From Fibrobacterota bacterium (GTDB taxonomy: Bacteria; Fibrobacterota; Fibrobacteria; UBA11236), in the NCBI GenBank assembly GCA_043753995.1, contig JAYUVP010000078.1, forward strand, positions 1 to 24,111: a stretch of DNA of 24,111 nt. Reading direction: 5' to 3'. This document shows positions 9,033 through 17,546 of the stretch, in pieces. Numbering within the stretch: the first letter of the stretch is position 1; every line of letters begins with the position of its first letter. Position numbers and translations under genes: made by a program. The notes below the pieces were generated by a model. That model made no database searches. It was not told the DNA's origin and was given only the letters and a program-made list of their open reading frames with translations.

Positions 9033-9974
9033 ATGCCTCGTTCAAAAATCGCGCTCGTGGGTGCCGGTCAAATCGGCGGCACCATGGCCTTGCTCGTTGC
9101 TCAGAAGCAATTGGGCGATGTGGTCCTCATTGATGTTGCCGAAGGTGTGCCCCAGGGCAAAAGCCTCGATATCAGCCATGGTCGCAGCCTCATTCCCACC
9201 TCCTCCAATTTGTCGGGCAGCAATAGCTACGATGCTTTGGCAGGAAGTGATGTCGTCATCGTCACCGCCGGTTTGCCACGCAAGCCCGGCATGAGCCGCG
9301 ATGATTTGCTCGATGTCAATTTCGGCATCATCAAGCAAGTCGGCTTGGCCATTCGGGAAAAGGCGCCGACCGCCTTCGTGATCGTTGTCACCAATCCCTT
9401 GGATGCTATGGTCTATGCCATGCAGCGCGTCACTGGCTTTCCAGCCAGTCAGGTGGCCGGCATGGCGGGCGTGCTCGACAGCACCCGTTTCGCCAGCTTG
9501 GTCGCCAGCGAAATCGGCGTATCCGCCGAAGACGTGCGCGCCTTGGTCATGGGCGGACACGGCGACACCATGGTTCCTCTCACACGCTATTGCACGGTGG
9601 GCGGAATTCCCGTCACGCAATTGCTTTCCAAGGCCCAAATCGACGCCATCGTTAAGCGCACAGCCAATGCGGGCGGCGAAGTGGTGGCCCTACTCAAAAC
9701 CGGATCGGCCTTTTATAGCCCGGCCCTTTCTGCCATAGTCATGGCTGAAGCCTATCTCAAGGACAAGAAGAGCGTGCTCACTTGCGCCGCGCAATTGCAG
9801 GGTGAATATGGTGTCAAAGGCGTTTATGCCGGTGTGCCTGCCATCCTTGGCGCGGGTGGTGTCGAGAAAGTGCTTGAAATCGAACTCGATGCAGAAGAGC
9901 GCAAGCTTTTCGACATTTCCATGGTGGCCGTCAAGAGCCTAGTGGAATGGGTCGACAAGAAAATCGCTGGCTAA
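9033..9974 (+). CDS. mdh: Malate dehydrogenase (LDH-like type)
   Basis: [21 protein letters not shown] (Arg specificity loop), [24 protein letters not shown]. Confidence 0.97.
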   Translation: MPRSKIALVGAGQIGGTMALLVAQKQLGDVVLIDVAEGVPQGKSLDISHGRSLIPTSSNLSGSNSYDALAGSDVVIVTAGLPRKPGMSRDDLLDVNFGIIKQVGLAIREKAPTAFVIVVTNPLDAMVYAMQRVTGFPASQVAGMAGVLDSTRFASLVASEIGVSAEDVRALVMGGHGDTMVPLTRYCTVGGIPVTQLLSKAQIDAIVKRTANAGGEVVALLKTGSAFYSPALSAIVMAEAYLKDKKSVLTCAAQLQGEYGVKGVYAGVPAILGAGGVEKVLEIELDAEERKLFDISMVAVKSLVEWVDKKIAG

Positions 9975-10002
9975 GTACCGAATTTCTTTGATTGGTTAGC
10001 AA

Positions 10003-10704
10003 TTGAATCGCTCGGCTGTTGATTTCGTCCTGCTCGGGGCGATGGAGGCCGAGGTTTTGGAATTGTTGCGCCATGCCTTGGTCTTGAGCGAGGATAAATG
10101 GGCGGGCATTACCCTGTCCCATATTTCTTGGCTGGGTCGCCATTGCGTGGTGGCGCATTGCGGTGTAGGCAAAGTTTTTGGTGCCATGGTTTCTCAGCAT
10201 TGCCTAGATGCCTATCATCCCCAAGCCTTGATTTTCACCGGAGTCGCCGGAGCCTTGCATCCCGATCTGAATATCGGCGATGTGGTGGTGAGCCGGGATT
10301 TGATACAGCACGATGTCGATGGGCGTGCCCTTGGTTTTGAGCGCGGACGTCTGTTGTTAACGGATTGGAAAATTTTCCCGGCGGACGAAAATTTGCGGAA
10401 AAAGGCCATGTCTGCTCACCTGGAGGGCTTTACCCTAAGAGAAGGTCGCATTCTCACGGGCGACCAATTCATGACAAGGGAAAACATCCGCAGCCATTCC
10501 TACCTCACCGAGGAGCTGGCGGGAGACGCCGTGGAAATGGAAGGCGCCGCTGTGGCGCAAGTCTGCACCCTAAATCAAACCCCATTCTTGGTTGTGCGCA
10601 CTATATCCGATAAGGCGGATGGAGAAGCCGTTAACGACTTCAACGCCTTTTTGCCTGTCGTGGCGCATAATAGCTATGCCGTATTGCGGGCGGTATTGGA
10701 ATGA
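10003..10704 (+). CDS. mtnN: 5'-methylthioadenosine/S-adenosylhomocysteine nucleosidase
   Basis: GAMEAE, GVGKV, FTGVAG, TGDQF, VEMEGAA, RTISD; TTG start, exact start uncertain. Confidence 0.92.
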   Translation: MNRSAVDFVLLGAMEAEVLELLRHALVLSEDKWAGITLSHISWLGRHCVVAHCGVGKVFGAMVSQHCLDAYHPQALIFTGVAGALHPDLNIGDVVVSRDLIQHDVDGRALGFERGRLLLTDWKIFPADENLRKKAMSAHLEGFTLREGRILTGDQFMTRENIRSHSYLTEELAGDAVEMEGAAVAQVCTLNQTPFLVVRTISDKADGEAVNDFNAFLPVVAHNSYAVLRAVLE

Positions 10705-10714
10705 GGAGAAGAGA

Positions 10715-12586
10715 ATGCAGAGTCAGTTCCTGGGTATGCGGATTTTGGTTATTTGCGGTGCCATTGTCAGTGGTCAAGCCTTAGCGCAAACCTTAAAAGT
10801 CGAAGTGGCCGTGAATGGCCCCGTTACCGCCATCAGCCCCTTTATTTATGGCGCCAATGACTGGTGCAATAAATCTGACATTCCTTTTACTTCATCGCGC
10901 TCCGGCGGCAATCGTTTGACGGCCTATAATTGGGAATCCAATGCCTCCAATGCCGGCTCGGATTACCTGCACAATAGCGACAATTATATGGTTAAGGATT
11001 TTTCGGCAGCCGACCAAAAAATTCCCGGCCAGGTAGTTTTGGACCTTCAGAAAGTTTTTGGTGGTCGGAAGCAATACACCTTGGCCACGGTACCTGCCGC
11101 CGGATTTGTCGCTGCGGACATGAGTGGACAGGTGGCGACCGGCGAAGTCGCACCGAGCGCGCGCTGGAAGAAAATCACGGCGGAAAAGCCGGGAGGCAAC
11201 TATTCCTTAACACCTGATGCTAGTGATGGCGAGGTGTATACCGATGAATTCGTCAACGCCATGGTGAATAAGCTCGGCAAATCCACTTCAGGCGGAGTCA
11301 ATGCCTGGTCCATCGACAATGAACCCGGACTTTGGCGCTATACCCATCCCCGCATTTATCCTAATGCCCTCACCGTGAGCGATTTGATGGCCAAGTCGGT
11401 TGCTGCCGCTAAGGCCGTGAAGAAAATCGACACCGCCGCCGAAACCTATGGCCCGGCAACCTATGGCTGGGGCGAGATGATGGCTCAAGAAGGAGCCGAT
11501 TGGACCGCCACGCTTTCCAAGCAATATGACTGGTTCATTTCAGCCTATTTGGCCTTGATGAAATCGGAAAGCGACAAGGCAGGCCAACGTTTGCTCGATG
11601 TTTTGGACTTCCATTGGTATCCCGAATCCCAAGGCAGTTGCCGAATCATAATTACCGATTGTGATCAAGTCTCCACCGCACAAGCCGAAGCCCGCATGCA
11701 ATCCCCGCGATCCCTTTGGGACAGCACCTATGTCGAAAAAAGCTGGATTATCGATTCGAACGGCAAGAAAGCGATTCAGCTGATCAATCGCGTCAAGAAA
11801 TCCATCAAGGAACGATATCCAGGCACCAAGATGGCTGTGACTGAATATGAATACGGCGGACATGATCATTATTCCGGGGGTCTGGCCCAAGCGGATGTGC
11901 TTGGCATATTCGGAAGTCAAGGTTTATATATGGCCACGATTTGGTCGACACCGGGAAAATTCAGTGGCGCGGCATTCCAACTGTTTTTGAATTATGACGG
12001 CCAAGGTGGAAAATACGGCGATCGCTCCGTTCCGGCCATGGCCTCGGACAATGCTGCCCTTTCGACTTTCGCTGCTTTGAATAGCAAGGATTCCACCCGA
12101 TTGCATTTGATTGCCATCAATAAAAAAGCCTCGGCCCAACAAGTTCAATTCGCCTTGAATGGCAATATCTATACGGAAGGCAAGGTCTATGGTTTTGACG
12201 AGGCGTCGAATGGGTCGATTACTTCTCGTCAAGCCGTTACCGGAATTACAAGTAATTCCTTCACCTATTCCCTGCCCGCGCATTCGGCCATGCATTTCAT
12301 ATTAAAGGGCACCGTGGTAGGGCTTGGCGTGAACGAAATCAACCAGCCCAGGGTCCAGCCCTATTTTCAGATGGCCGGCCGCGATTTGATTCTCCGCCGT
12401 CCCATCAGCGAGGAGAGTGACCTGGAATACCGCGTCCTGGGATGGAATGGTCGCCACCTGGCGAGCCAGGTTTTAAAGTTCGGTCAAGCCCAAGCCGCGA
12501 TTCGAACCCTCCCTGTGGGGCGGCACATTCTTTCTATTTCTCGCGGGGGACAGCGGGTTCAGGTTTCTTCGCTGCTTGTGAAATAG
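10715..12586 (+). CDS. Secreted glycoside hydrolase family 44 endoglucanase/xyloglucanase with T9SS-like C-terminal domain
   Basis: Signal peptide (..QALA|QT); ISPFIYG, GGNRLTAYNWESNASNAGSDY, DNEP (acid/base), LDFHWYPE, VTEY (nucleophile); tail YRVLGWNGR...LPVGRHILSI. ATG 10715 after AGGAGA. Confidence 0.92.
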   Translation: MQSQFLGMRILVICGAIVSGQALAQTLKVEVAVNGPVTAISPFIYGANDWCNKSDIPFTSSRSGGNRLTAYNWESNASNAGSDYLHNSDNYMVKDFSAADQKIPGQVVLDLQKVFGGRKQYTLATVPAAGFVAADMSGQVATGEVAPSARWKKITAEKPGGNYSLTPDASDGEVYTDEFVNAMVNKLGKSTSGGVNAWSIDNEPGLWRYTHPRIYPNALTVSDLMAKSVAAAKAVKKIDTAAETYGPATYGWGEMMAQEGADWTATLSKQYDWFISAYLALMKSESDKAGQRLLDVLDFHWYPESQGSCRIIITDCDQVSTAQAEARMQSPRSLWDSTYVEKSWIIDSNGKKAIQLINRVKKSIKERYPGTKMAVTEYEYGGHDHYSGGLAQADVLGIFGSQGLYMATIWSTPGKFSGAAFQLFLNYDGQGGKYGDRSVPAMASDNAALSTFAALNSKDSTRLHLIAINKKASAQQVQFALNGNIYTEGKVYGFDEASNGSITSRQAVTGITSNSFTYSLPAHSAMHFILKGTVVGLGVNEINQPRVQPYFQMAGRDLILRRPISEESDLEYRVLGWNGRHLASQVLKFGQAQAAIRTLPVGRHILSISRGGQRVQVSSLLVK

Positions 12587-12592
12587 TGTTTT

Positions 12593-12612
12593 GGCTGCCT
12601 GTGAAGGCAGTC
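12593..12612. terminator. Hairpin between convergent genes (possible terminator)
   Basis: GGCTGCCT-GTGA-AGGCAGTC, 8-bp stem with GNRA loop; no clear U-tract. Confidence 0.45.
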
Positions 12613-12617
12613 GTCGT

Positions 12618-12908
12618 TCAGTTTAGGCTGCGCCAAAGCTGAACGACAAAAAGCAAGGCAAGCGCCAGGGCTACAAGGCTAATCCAAAGGGGAAAGCCTT
12701 TTCGCCTGGCGCCCTTGGCCCGATGGGATGTTTTGATGCCCAATTCGGATTCCAAATTCTCGGCATAATCCTCTTCGTCATTCCAGTCGACCGCACCTTC
12801 GGTAGAATCCGACCAACCGGTTTTTTCATCGGAGCCGCAATGGCGGCAAGCCTTGGCCTTGGCATCTATGGTTTCCCCGCAATGCGGGCAAGCGATCCAG
12901 TTTTTCAT
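12618..12908 (-). CDS. Small zinc-ribbon protein with C-terminal transmembrane helix
   Basis: CPHCG...CRHCG, acidic middle, hydrophobic C-terminus LWISLVALALALLFVVQLW. Confidence 0.8.
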   Translation of the reverse strand: MKNWIACPHCGETIDAKAKACRHCGSDEKTGWSDSTEGAVDWNDEEDYAENLESELGIKTSHRAKGARRKGFPLWISLVALALALLFVVQLWRSLN

Positions 12909-12962
12909 GATGTTAAAATGCTCAATAATTCCGGATTCGCCGATACCTTGGGAAGCAGGGCC

Positions 12963-14963
12963 TTAAAGCGATTCGAGGGCACCCACTAGGATTTCAGTAA
13001 AGGTGTTTTCATAGCCGATGCGCACTGTTGGCATTCCGGATTGCGCTGTTTCCTGAAAAGTATTTTGGCCGATGAGCCGCAAACCATAATTATTGGGAAA
13101 GGTGGCCAGCGGGATTTGAAATAGGCGACGACTTTGGCCATTCGAGAAGTAACCGCTGAGTACGCCATTTTGATCTATCGAGATTTGCTTCAGCCTGCCA
13201 ACCGCAAAGCCATTTTGAATGGTTATGGCAGCGGACGACGGCGAACGGAAAAGCGTTAAGCCGGTAAAGTCTTTCGGCCCTCCCGCTTTGATCTGAATTG
13301 AAATGGGATTGTGGCCTTGGCTTGTTCGAATCACTAGTCGATTCGACTTGTCATTAAAAGCAAAGGTGGCGACCGAGCCATCATCCTGAAACCACATAGT
13401 GCCATCACGGCCTTGTTCAATAGAGGCCTTTCCCTCGGTTTGAAAAGACCACAACCATGAATTGGGACGATTTGTTGGCGTGAACCGTAGCTTTAATAGG
13501 TGGGCCTGGCCTAATTCGTCGTAGATGGTAATAGAGCTTTCCACGATTCGTGCATCCATGGCATTTTGCATCGTACTCATGCTCAAATTGTTGTCGAAAT
13601 TATTAGGACTCGGGGAAGCATTATGCGCATTAGAGGCATGAGTAGAAATTTTGGACAAGCCAAAATTTACACCGGGCTGACCACGAAGGATGATGGCACC
13701 ATCGGGAATATTGTCTTGGCTACCGGCAGGGTTCACCGAAACGGAAAGGTTTGCTTCCAATGTGCCATCGTAAGTAGGCAATTTGAAAGAATCTCGAATA
13801 AGGTTAAAAAGCATTTGAAGGGTGATTTCACTGCTCCCTAACCCTTCACCATAGGTTATCGGGGTAATTGGGGTAATGCTATTTGCGCCAATATTTCCGG
13901 TAACGCTAATCAGGTCGCCGTCTTCAAGCCCCAAGGATCTGCCACTGGCATCAAACAATTGAGACAGAGAGTCCTGAGGCACGGCGGGTGCACGCAAGGT
14001 TTCGGTGGTAATTTGCATGAACGCGACTGAGTCAGGGATGGTTTCGGGTAAGGCGAAGGCCTTGGTCACCTTAGGGCTGCTAATGGGTCGGTCGGAGGTG
14101 ATTTGAAAATTCTTGATTGCTTTGGAATTGGAGTGGATGGAGATAGCACCGCGTAAGGTGGCAGACTCGTGAGATTCCACTATCGCGACTTGGGTAGATA
14201 TGCCCGAACCTACGGCAAGGCTTCTTAAAAAGGTGGTCACGGAATAAACCAACTCCCCCAAGGTGCCTTGATCCTGGATCTGAAAAGTTTGATTGACATC
14301 GGTACCATTGACATTCACGGAAAAGGTGAGAACGTCTCCATCCCGCATTCCCAAATCTTCTCCATCGGCGCCCTTGAGGCTGACAAGCAACGTGCTTTTT
14401 TTTGCATTGTGAAGAAAAGCTTGGGATACAGAGATGCTGCCTTTGGCATAGGCATCAGAGTCCAGGTTGCGCGCCAATTGGATTTCGCTTGTCGCCTTGG
14501 GAGGCGCTAAATCTTCATAAGGCCATTGTATATCGACAAGCTGCGACAGATTCAAAACTCCCACTTGCCCGCTGATGGGCCTTTCTTCGCCATAAGGGTT
14601 GGAATCGTTGTAGAGCCTGATGCCCTGCAGGCGCGCCTTGTCATTTCCCAAGGTCAGAAATCCATTCGCATTTTGAACAAAATGACCGGGTCGGCGAAAG
14701 TAAATGTATTGGCTCTGATTTTTTAGAATGAAAAAGCCCTTGCCTTCCAAAGCCAAATCCATGTTTTCGCCGGTCGAAAGGATTTGCCCTTGTTTGAAAT
14801 CGTAGGCATTCACCCTTACTTGGCCTTTTTCAACGTCCAGGGAATCGAAGGACGATTCGCTTGCGGGGGAAACGGAGGAGTTGCAGTGGTTTAATGCGGC
14901 CATGCAAAACAGGGAGACGGCGATTACGCCAAGCGAAGGAATTCGGTTTATGCATTTATTCAT
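12963..14963 (-). CDS. Flagellar hook FlgE-like protein lacking both D0 termini, with putative lipoprotein signal peptide
   Basis: FlgE core motifs DFKQG..STGENMDLALEGKGFF, KAT..NLDS, SITIYDELGQAH, NGFAVGRL..ISIDQNG, YFSNG, LATFPN..GL, ETAQSG, GALES. No N-terminal ANNIAN/GFK block and no C-terminal SNV..Q helix. Confidence 0.85.
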   Translation of the reverse strand: MNKCINRIPSLGVIAVSLFCMAALNHCNSSVSPASESSFDSLDVEKGQVRVNAYDFKQGQILSTGENMDLALEGKGFFILKNQSQYIYFRRPGHFVQNANGFLTLGNDKARLQGIRLYNDSNPYGEERPISGQVGVLNLSQLVDIQWPYEDLAPPKATSEIQLARNLDSDAYAKGSISVSQAFLHNAKKSTLLVSLKGADGEDLGMRDGDVLTFSVNVNGTDVNQTFQIQDQGTLGELVYSVTTFLRSLAVGSGISTQVAIVESHESATLRGAISIHSNSKAIKNFQITSDRPISSPKVTKAFALPETIPDSVAFMQITTETLRAPAVPQDSLSQLFDASGRSLGLEDGDLISVTGNIGANSITPITPITYGEGLGSSEITLQMLFNLIRDSFKLPTYDGTLEANLSVSVNPAGSQDNIPDGAIILRGQPGVNFGLSKISTHASNAHNASPSPNNFDNNLSMSTMQNAMDARIVESSITIYDELGQAHLLKLRFTPTNRPNSWLWSFQTEGKASIEQGRDGTMWFQDDGSVATFAFNDKSNRLVIRTSQGHNPISIQIKAGGPKDFTGLTLFRSPSSAAITIQNGFAVGRLKQISIDQNGVLSGYFSNGQSRRLFQIPLATFPNNYGLRLIGQNTFQETAQSGMPTVRIGYENTFTEILVGALESL

Positions 14964-15008
14964 GGTTTGTGAATTATTCCAAACTTGGGTGATTGTGTTC
15001 AGGATTTC

Positions 15009-15024
15009 AGCAATTACCCTGCCA
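15009..15024 (-). promoter_or_regulatory. Sigma54 (-24/-12) promoter for the FlgE-like gene
   Basis: Minus strand reads TGGCAGGGTAATTGCT versus consensus TGGCACGNNNNTTGCW (one mismatch, exact GG-N10-GC), 45 nt upstream of ATG 14963. Confidence 0.75.
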
Positions 15025-15219
15025 GTATCGCATCCTGAGAATAGGGCGATTGCCGCGATTTTTCGAAATCAAGATGTCGAATGGCTAGTTAATCAGGAAA
15101 TACGGAAAATTCGGCAGGCAATATTTACCTACCGAATGGTGACGAAGAGAAAATTCTACCGAGAGATCAAATCTGTAAGGAAGGGCGAATTCTATCGCCT
15201 GTGCGTAATTCCGCGCTCA

Positions 15220-16245
15220 TCACAACAAGGCTTCTTGCAGCGATTGCGGGGGTGGGGGAGTGAGGCCTAAATGCTTATAGGCTCCCAAGGTCGCGACGCG
15301 ACCGCGATGCGTGCGTTTCAGTAAGCCCGACTGAATTAAATAGGGCTCATAAACTTCTTCAATGGTTTCGGTTTCTTCGCCCAGGGCGGCACCCAGGGTC
15401 GAAAGGCCCACGGGGCCGCCGTCGAATTTGCTGATAATGGTGCGCAAGATGCCGCGATCCATTTCGTCGAGTCCGGCGACGTCTATGCCCAGCATGTCCA
15501 AGGTTTTGATGGCTATAGCGGTATCGATCAACTTTTGGCCCTTTACTTGGGCCACATCGCGACAACGGCGCAAAACGCGATTGGCTATGCGCGGGGTGCC
15601 ACGGCAACGCGAGGCCAGGGCATCCAGGCCGTCTCCGTCGATTTTCATTCCGAGTATTTGCGCGCTGCGCTTCAGGATGAGGCGCATTTCGTTTTCGCTA
15701 TAGGTTTCAAGACGGAAGGTGAGTCCGAAGCGATCGCGCAATGGCGAGGTTAGCATGCCGCTGCGCGTGGTGGCGCCAATCAGGGTGAAACGCTTGAGCG
15801 GCAAATTGATGCACTTCGCCGATGGCCCCGATTCAAGCATGATGTCGATTTTGAAATCTTCCATGGCCGGATAGAGAAATTCTTCGACGACGCGTGAAAG
15901 CCGGTGAATTTCATCGATGAAAAGCACGTCATGGGTTTCGAGATTGGTGAGCAAGCCCGCCAATTCCGAAGGCTTGTCGAGGGCGGGGCCCGAGGTGATT
16001 TTCAGATTTGCGCCCATTTCCCTGGCGATAATATGCGCGAGGGTGGTTTTGCCTAAACCAGGTGGCCCGGCAAAAAGCAAATGATCGATGGGCTCATTTC
16101 TTTCCTTGGCGGCCTGGAGAAAGACGCTGAGATTTTCTTTGAGCTTTTCCTGGCCGACAAATTCTTGAAGGGTTTGCGGCCTTAAAGTCAATTCTTGTTC
16201 GGAGTCGTCGCCGAATTGTTCAGGGGCAATAATGCGTTCTGACAT
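15220..16245 (-). CDS. ruvB: Holliday junction branch migration helicase RuvB
   Basis: [50 protein letters not shown]. Start ATG 16245 or GTG 16254. Confidence 0.98.
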   Translation of the reverse strand: MSERIIAPEQFGDDSEQELTLRPQTLQEFVGQEKLKENLSVFLQAAKERNEPIDHLLFAGPPGLGKTTLAHIIAREMGANLKITSGPALDKPSELAGLLTNLETHDVLFIDEIHRLSRVVEEFLYPAMEDFKIDIMLESGPSAKCINLPLKRFTLIGATTRSGMLTSPLRDRFGLTFRLETYSENEMRLILKRSAQILGMKIDGDGLDALASRCRGTPRIANRVLRRCRDVAQVKGQKLIDTAIAIKTLDMLGIDVAGLDEMDRGILRTIISKFDGGPVGLSTLGAALGEETETIEEVYEPYLIQSGLLKRTHRGRVATLGAYKHLGLTPPPPQSLQEALL

Positions 16246-16250
16246 GGCCG

Positions 16251-16850
16251 TCACACTTCCTGAAGCGCCTGGGCGATGAGTCGGCTGGAGTCAGCCTTGT
16301 TTCCGAGCTTGGTCACGGCTTGCTGCACCGCGGTTTGCGCGGCGGCATCACGCACGCCCAAAGTGATAAGGGCAAGAACAGCATCGCGCATGGCTTCGTT
16401 TTCGGGGGTGGAAGGGGACATGCCTGCGCCACTCGGCGCCAAATCCATTTTGGCGAAGGCATTGCGTAGCGAAGCAATGAGAACCTCGGCGGTTTTCTTG
16501 CCTATGCCCTTAATGGCCGAAAGTCCACGTACATCACCCGACAAAACCAATTCGGCCAGCCGCTGCGGCGAGGTCGAGGACAACATGCGTAAGCCCATAC
16601 GCGGGCCAATTCCCGAAACGGAGATCAGCTTCAGAAAAACTTGCTTTTCGCTTTCATCGAAAAAGCCATAAAGTTCAAGCAGCTCTTCTTTGACATGCAG
16701 CCAAGTGGGTAATAGCACGGTGTCACCTACCTGACCCGCCGCTTCGGCAGCGCGCAAGGTCACGTCAATACCAAAGCCTACGCCACCCACGTCGATAATC
16801 AGTCGGGCGGGCTGCTTGTGAACTAAACGGCCGCGAAGAAATTCAACCAT
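16251..16850 (-). CDS. ruvA: Holliday junction branch migration protein RuvA
   Basis: [38 protein letters not shown]. Start ATG 16850. Confidence 0.96.
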   Translation of the reverse strand: MVEFLRGRLVHKQPARLIIDVGGVGFGIDVTLRAAEAAGQVGDTVLLPTWLHVKEELLELYGFFDESEKQVFLKLISVSGIGPRMGLRMLSSTSPQRLAELVLSGDVRGLSAIKGIGKKTAEVLIASLRNAFAKMDLAPSGAGMSPSTPENEAMRDAVLALITLGVRDAAAQTAVQQAVTKLGNKADSSRLIAQALQEV

Positions 16851-16896
16851 GCCTAAAAAGTAGCCGCCAAATCGTCCTTGCGAGACAGGACCGCAC

Positions 16897-17490
16897 CTAG
16901 CGCCCGCGTATTTGTATCCAGTGGCAAAAGGCCACGGCCAGAGCATCGGCCGCATCGGCAGGAGCGGGCAATTGGCGAAGGCTCAAATGGGTTTGCATGA
17001 CGGCCGCCACCTGGCTTTTGGAGGCATGTCCGCGCCCCACGACGGCTTGCTTCACCAGGTTGGGGGCATATTCCGCTATGGGCAAATCCTGGGCGGCAGC
17101 CGTGGCCATGATGGCTCCACGCGCATGGCCCAAGATGAGGGCCGAGCGGGCGAATTTCCCGTGGAAAATGCTTTCCAAAGCCATGGAGGAGGGCTGATAG
17201 GTCTTGAGCAAGGCGGATAATTCTCGCTGTATGCGGGCCAACCTTTGGGGCAGGCTTTCGCCGTCCTTGGCGCGAATCACACCGTATTCTAGGACGCGAA
17301 TTTGCTTTTTGCGCGCTTCCAGGAAGGCGTAACCCGTGCGTAACGACCCTGGATCTATGCCCACGACCAAGGGATGGTCGGCGAAGGCCTGCGCAATCTT
17401 TTCTTGATCGGAGAGGTCGGTTATCGCCGAGGGCTTCGTCTTGGGGCGAAGTGGTGCGGACTTGGCCACCGGCTCAACCGAGGCCATCAA
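16897..17490 (-). CDS. ruvC: Crossover junction endodeoxyribonuclease RuvC
   Basis: VGIDPGSLRTGY, MALE, LGHARG, VKQAVVG, DAADALAVA; roughly 40-aa low-complexity N-terminal extension, start uncertain. Confidence 0.94.
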   Translation of the reverse strand: MMASVEPVAKSAPLRPKTKPSAITDLSDQEKIAQAFADHPLVVGIDPGSLRTGYAFLEARKKQIRVLEYGVIRAKDGESLPQRLARIQRELSALLKTYQPSSMALESIFHGKFARSALILGHARGAIMATAAAQDLPIAEYAPNLVKQAVVGRGHASKSQVAAVMQTHLSLRQLPAPADAADALAVAFCHWIQIRGR

Positions 17491-17546
17491 ACCGGCAAGC
17501 CCCCTTTGGGCGAGGGCGGCTTTAAACCGCGCCGAGACGGTGCGGC

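Noticed and set aside
2113..9638. Long antisense ORFs (e.g. 2113-2688, 3573-4178, 6979-7554, 7561-8193, 9042-9638)
   Set aside because: Shadow frames of well-conserved GC3-rich genes, with no independent signals.
10592..10714. Extended N-termini in the ORF track (640, 4118, 10592, 16955, 20106)
   Set aside because: They overlap upstream genes or lack an SD; downstream starts fit SDs, signal peptides and family N-termini better.
12618..12965. Stop read-through fusing the FlgE-like protein to the Zn-ribbon protein (in frame, 18 open codons apart)
   Set aside because: TAA is a poor read-through codon, in-frame spacing is common by chance, and the topology (exported core plus cytoplasmic-type Zn ribbon) is awkward.
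12885..12975. Frameshifted remnant of the FlgE C-terminal helix after the stop
   Set aside because: Downstream frames read GPASQGIGESG.. and SNRFKALLPKVSAN..; neither resembles SNVDL..E..MI..QR.YQAN.
14964..15219. Broken-off FlgE N-terminus upstream of the ATG (pseudogene model)
   Set aside because: No NNIAN/GFK-like coding was seen on the - strand; the region holds a sigma54 promoter instead.
14881..15270. 129-aa + strand ORF spanning the FlgE-like/ruvB spacer
   Set aside because: TTG start, overlaps both neighbours antisense, no recognisable motif.
17497..17523. Hairpin between yebC and ruvC as a terminator
   Set aside because: Imperfect stem with no U-tract on the coding (-) strand, inside a conserved operon.
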